From positions 3,072,001 through 3,136,000 of the forward strand of contig OY843592.1 of the NCBI GenBank assembly GCA_963692865.2: a stretch of DNA of 64,000 nucleotides. The letters run 5' to 3'. This document shows positions 63,821 through 64,000 of the stretch, in pieces. The stretch's first letter is position 1, and each line of letters opens with the position of its first letter. The translations under genes were made by a program, and so were the position numbers. This DNA is from a bacterium (GTDB lineage Bacteria > UBA8248). The notes below the pieces were generated by a model that did not search any database, was not told the DNA's origin, and saw only the letters and a program-made list of their open reading frames with translations.

Positions 63821-64000
63821 TCACCTACCGCGAAGCGCTGAGTGCGGCCCTCTGGGAGGAGATGGAGCGGGATGAGGACGTGTTCTTGCTGGGCGAAGAC
63901 ATCGGCCTGGGCGGCGGGGCCTTCTACATCACCAAGGGCTTCATGGAGAAATTCGGGCGCGACCGCGTGGTGGACGTTCCCCTGAGCGAGGCGGGCTTCA
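63817..64000 (+). CDS. 2-oxoacid dehydrogenase E1 beta subunit, N-terminal fragment
   Basis: ATGA overlap with the alpha gene; MITYREALSAALWEEMERDEDVFLLGEDIG..GGAF.ITKGF.EKFG..RVVDVPLSE. Confidence 0.9.
   Translation, partial: MITYREALSAALWEEMERDEDVFLLGEDIGLGGGAFYITKGFMEKFGRDRVVDVPLSEAGF

Overview
High-GC bacterial chromosomal window, Gram-negative type (LapA/B-like and LpoA-like proteins, PilM). The gene content resembles a heterotroph rich in SDR and MmgE/PrpD enzymes; taxonomy cannot be fixed from the sequence. Housekeeping genes include tsaD, dusB, ctpA, tkt, eno, nrdR, rpiB, rsfS, nadD, proB, obgE, rpmA, rplU, mnmA, leuA and rsmD. Main points: (1) A co-oriented cluster at 13.0-18.8 kb encodes an exported protein with Asp/Asn tracts and duplicated TbpB-like barrels, a full vitamin-K-dependent carboxylase (HTTM/VKGC) homologue, a DCC1-like CxxC oxidoreductase and a membrane LuxR regulator. 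This is a candidate bacterial protein-carboxylation system. (2) A non-canonical glycine-reductase-like selenoenzyme locus (grdC-grdA-grdE...grdB-mmgE) carries two in-frame UGA/Sec codons missed by the ORF track. Its GrdB motif is UGTGTRS instead of UGTCTRC, its GrdE lacks the cleavage Cys, grdD is absent from the window, and a restriction-modification pair next to an IS1595 remnant splits the operon. (3) An A+T-richer block of core genes lacking intergenic repeats is bracketed by a 27/28-identical inverted repeat about 22 kb apart. (4) Mosaic REP/MITE arrays fill intergenic regions and flank accessory genes (RES toxin-antitoxin, an ATPase plus an amber-interrupted partner, a multicopper oxidase). 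(5) A DnaA-box cluster lies near 60.7-60.9 kb. No rRNA, tRNA or CRISPR array was recognised.
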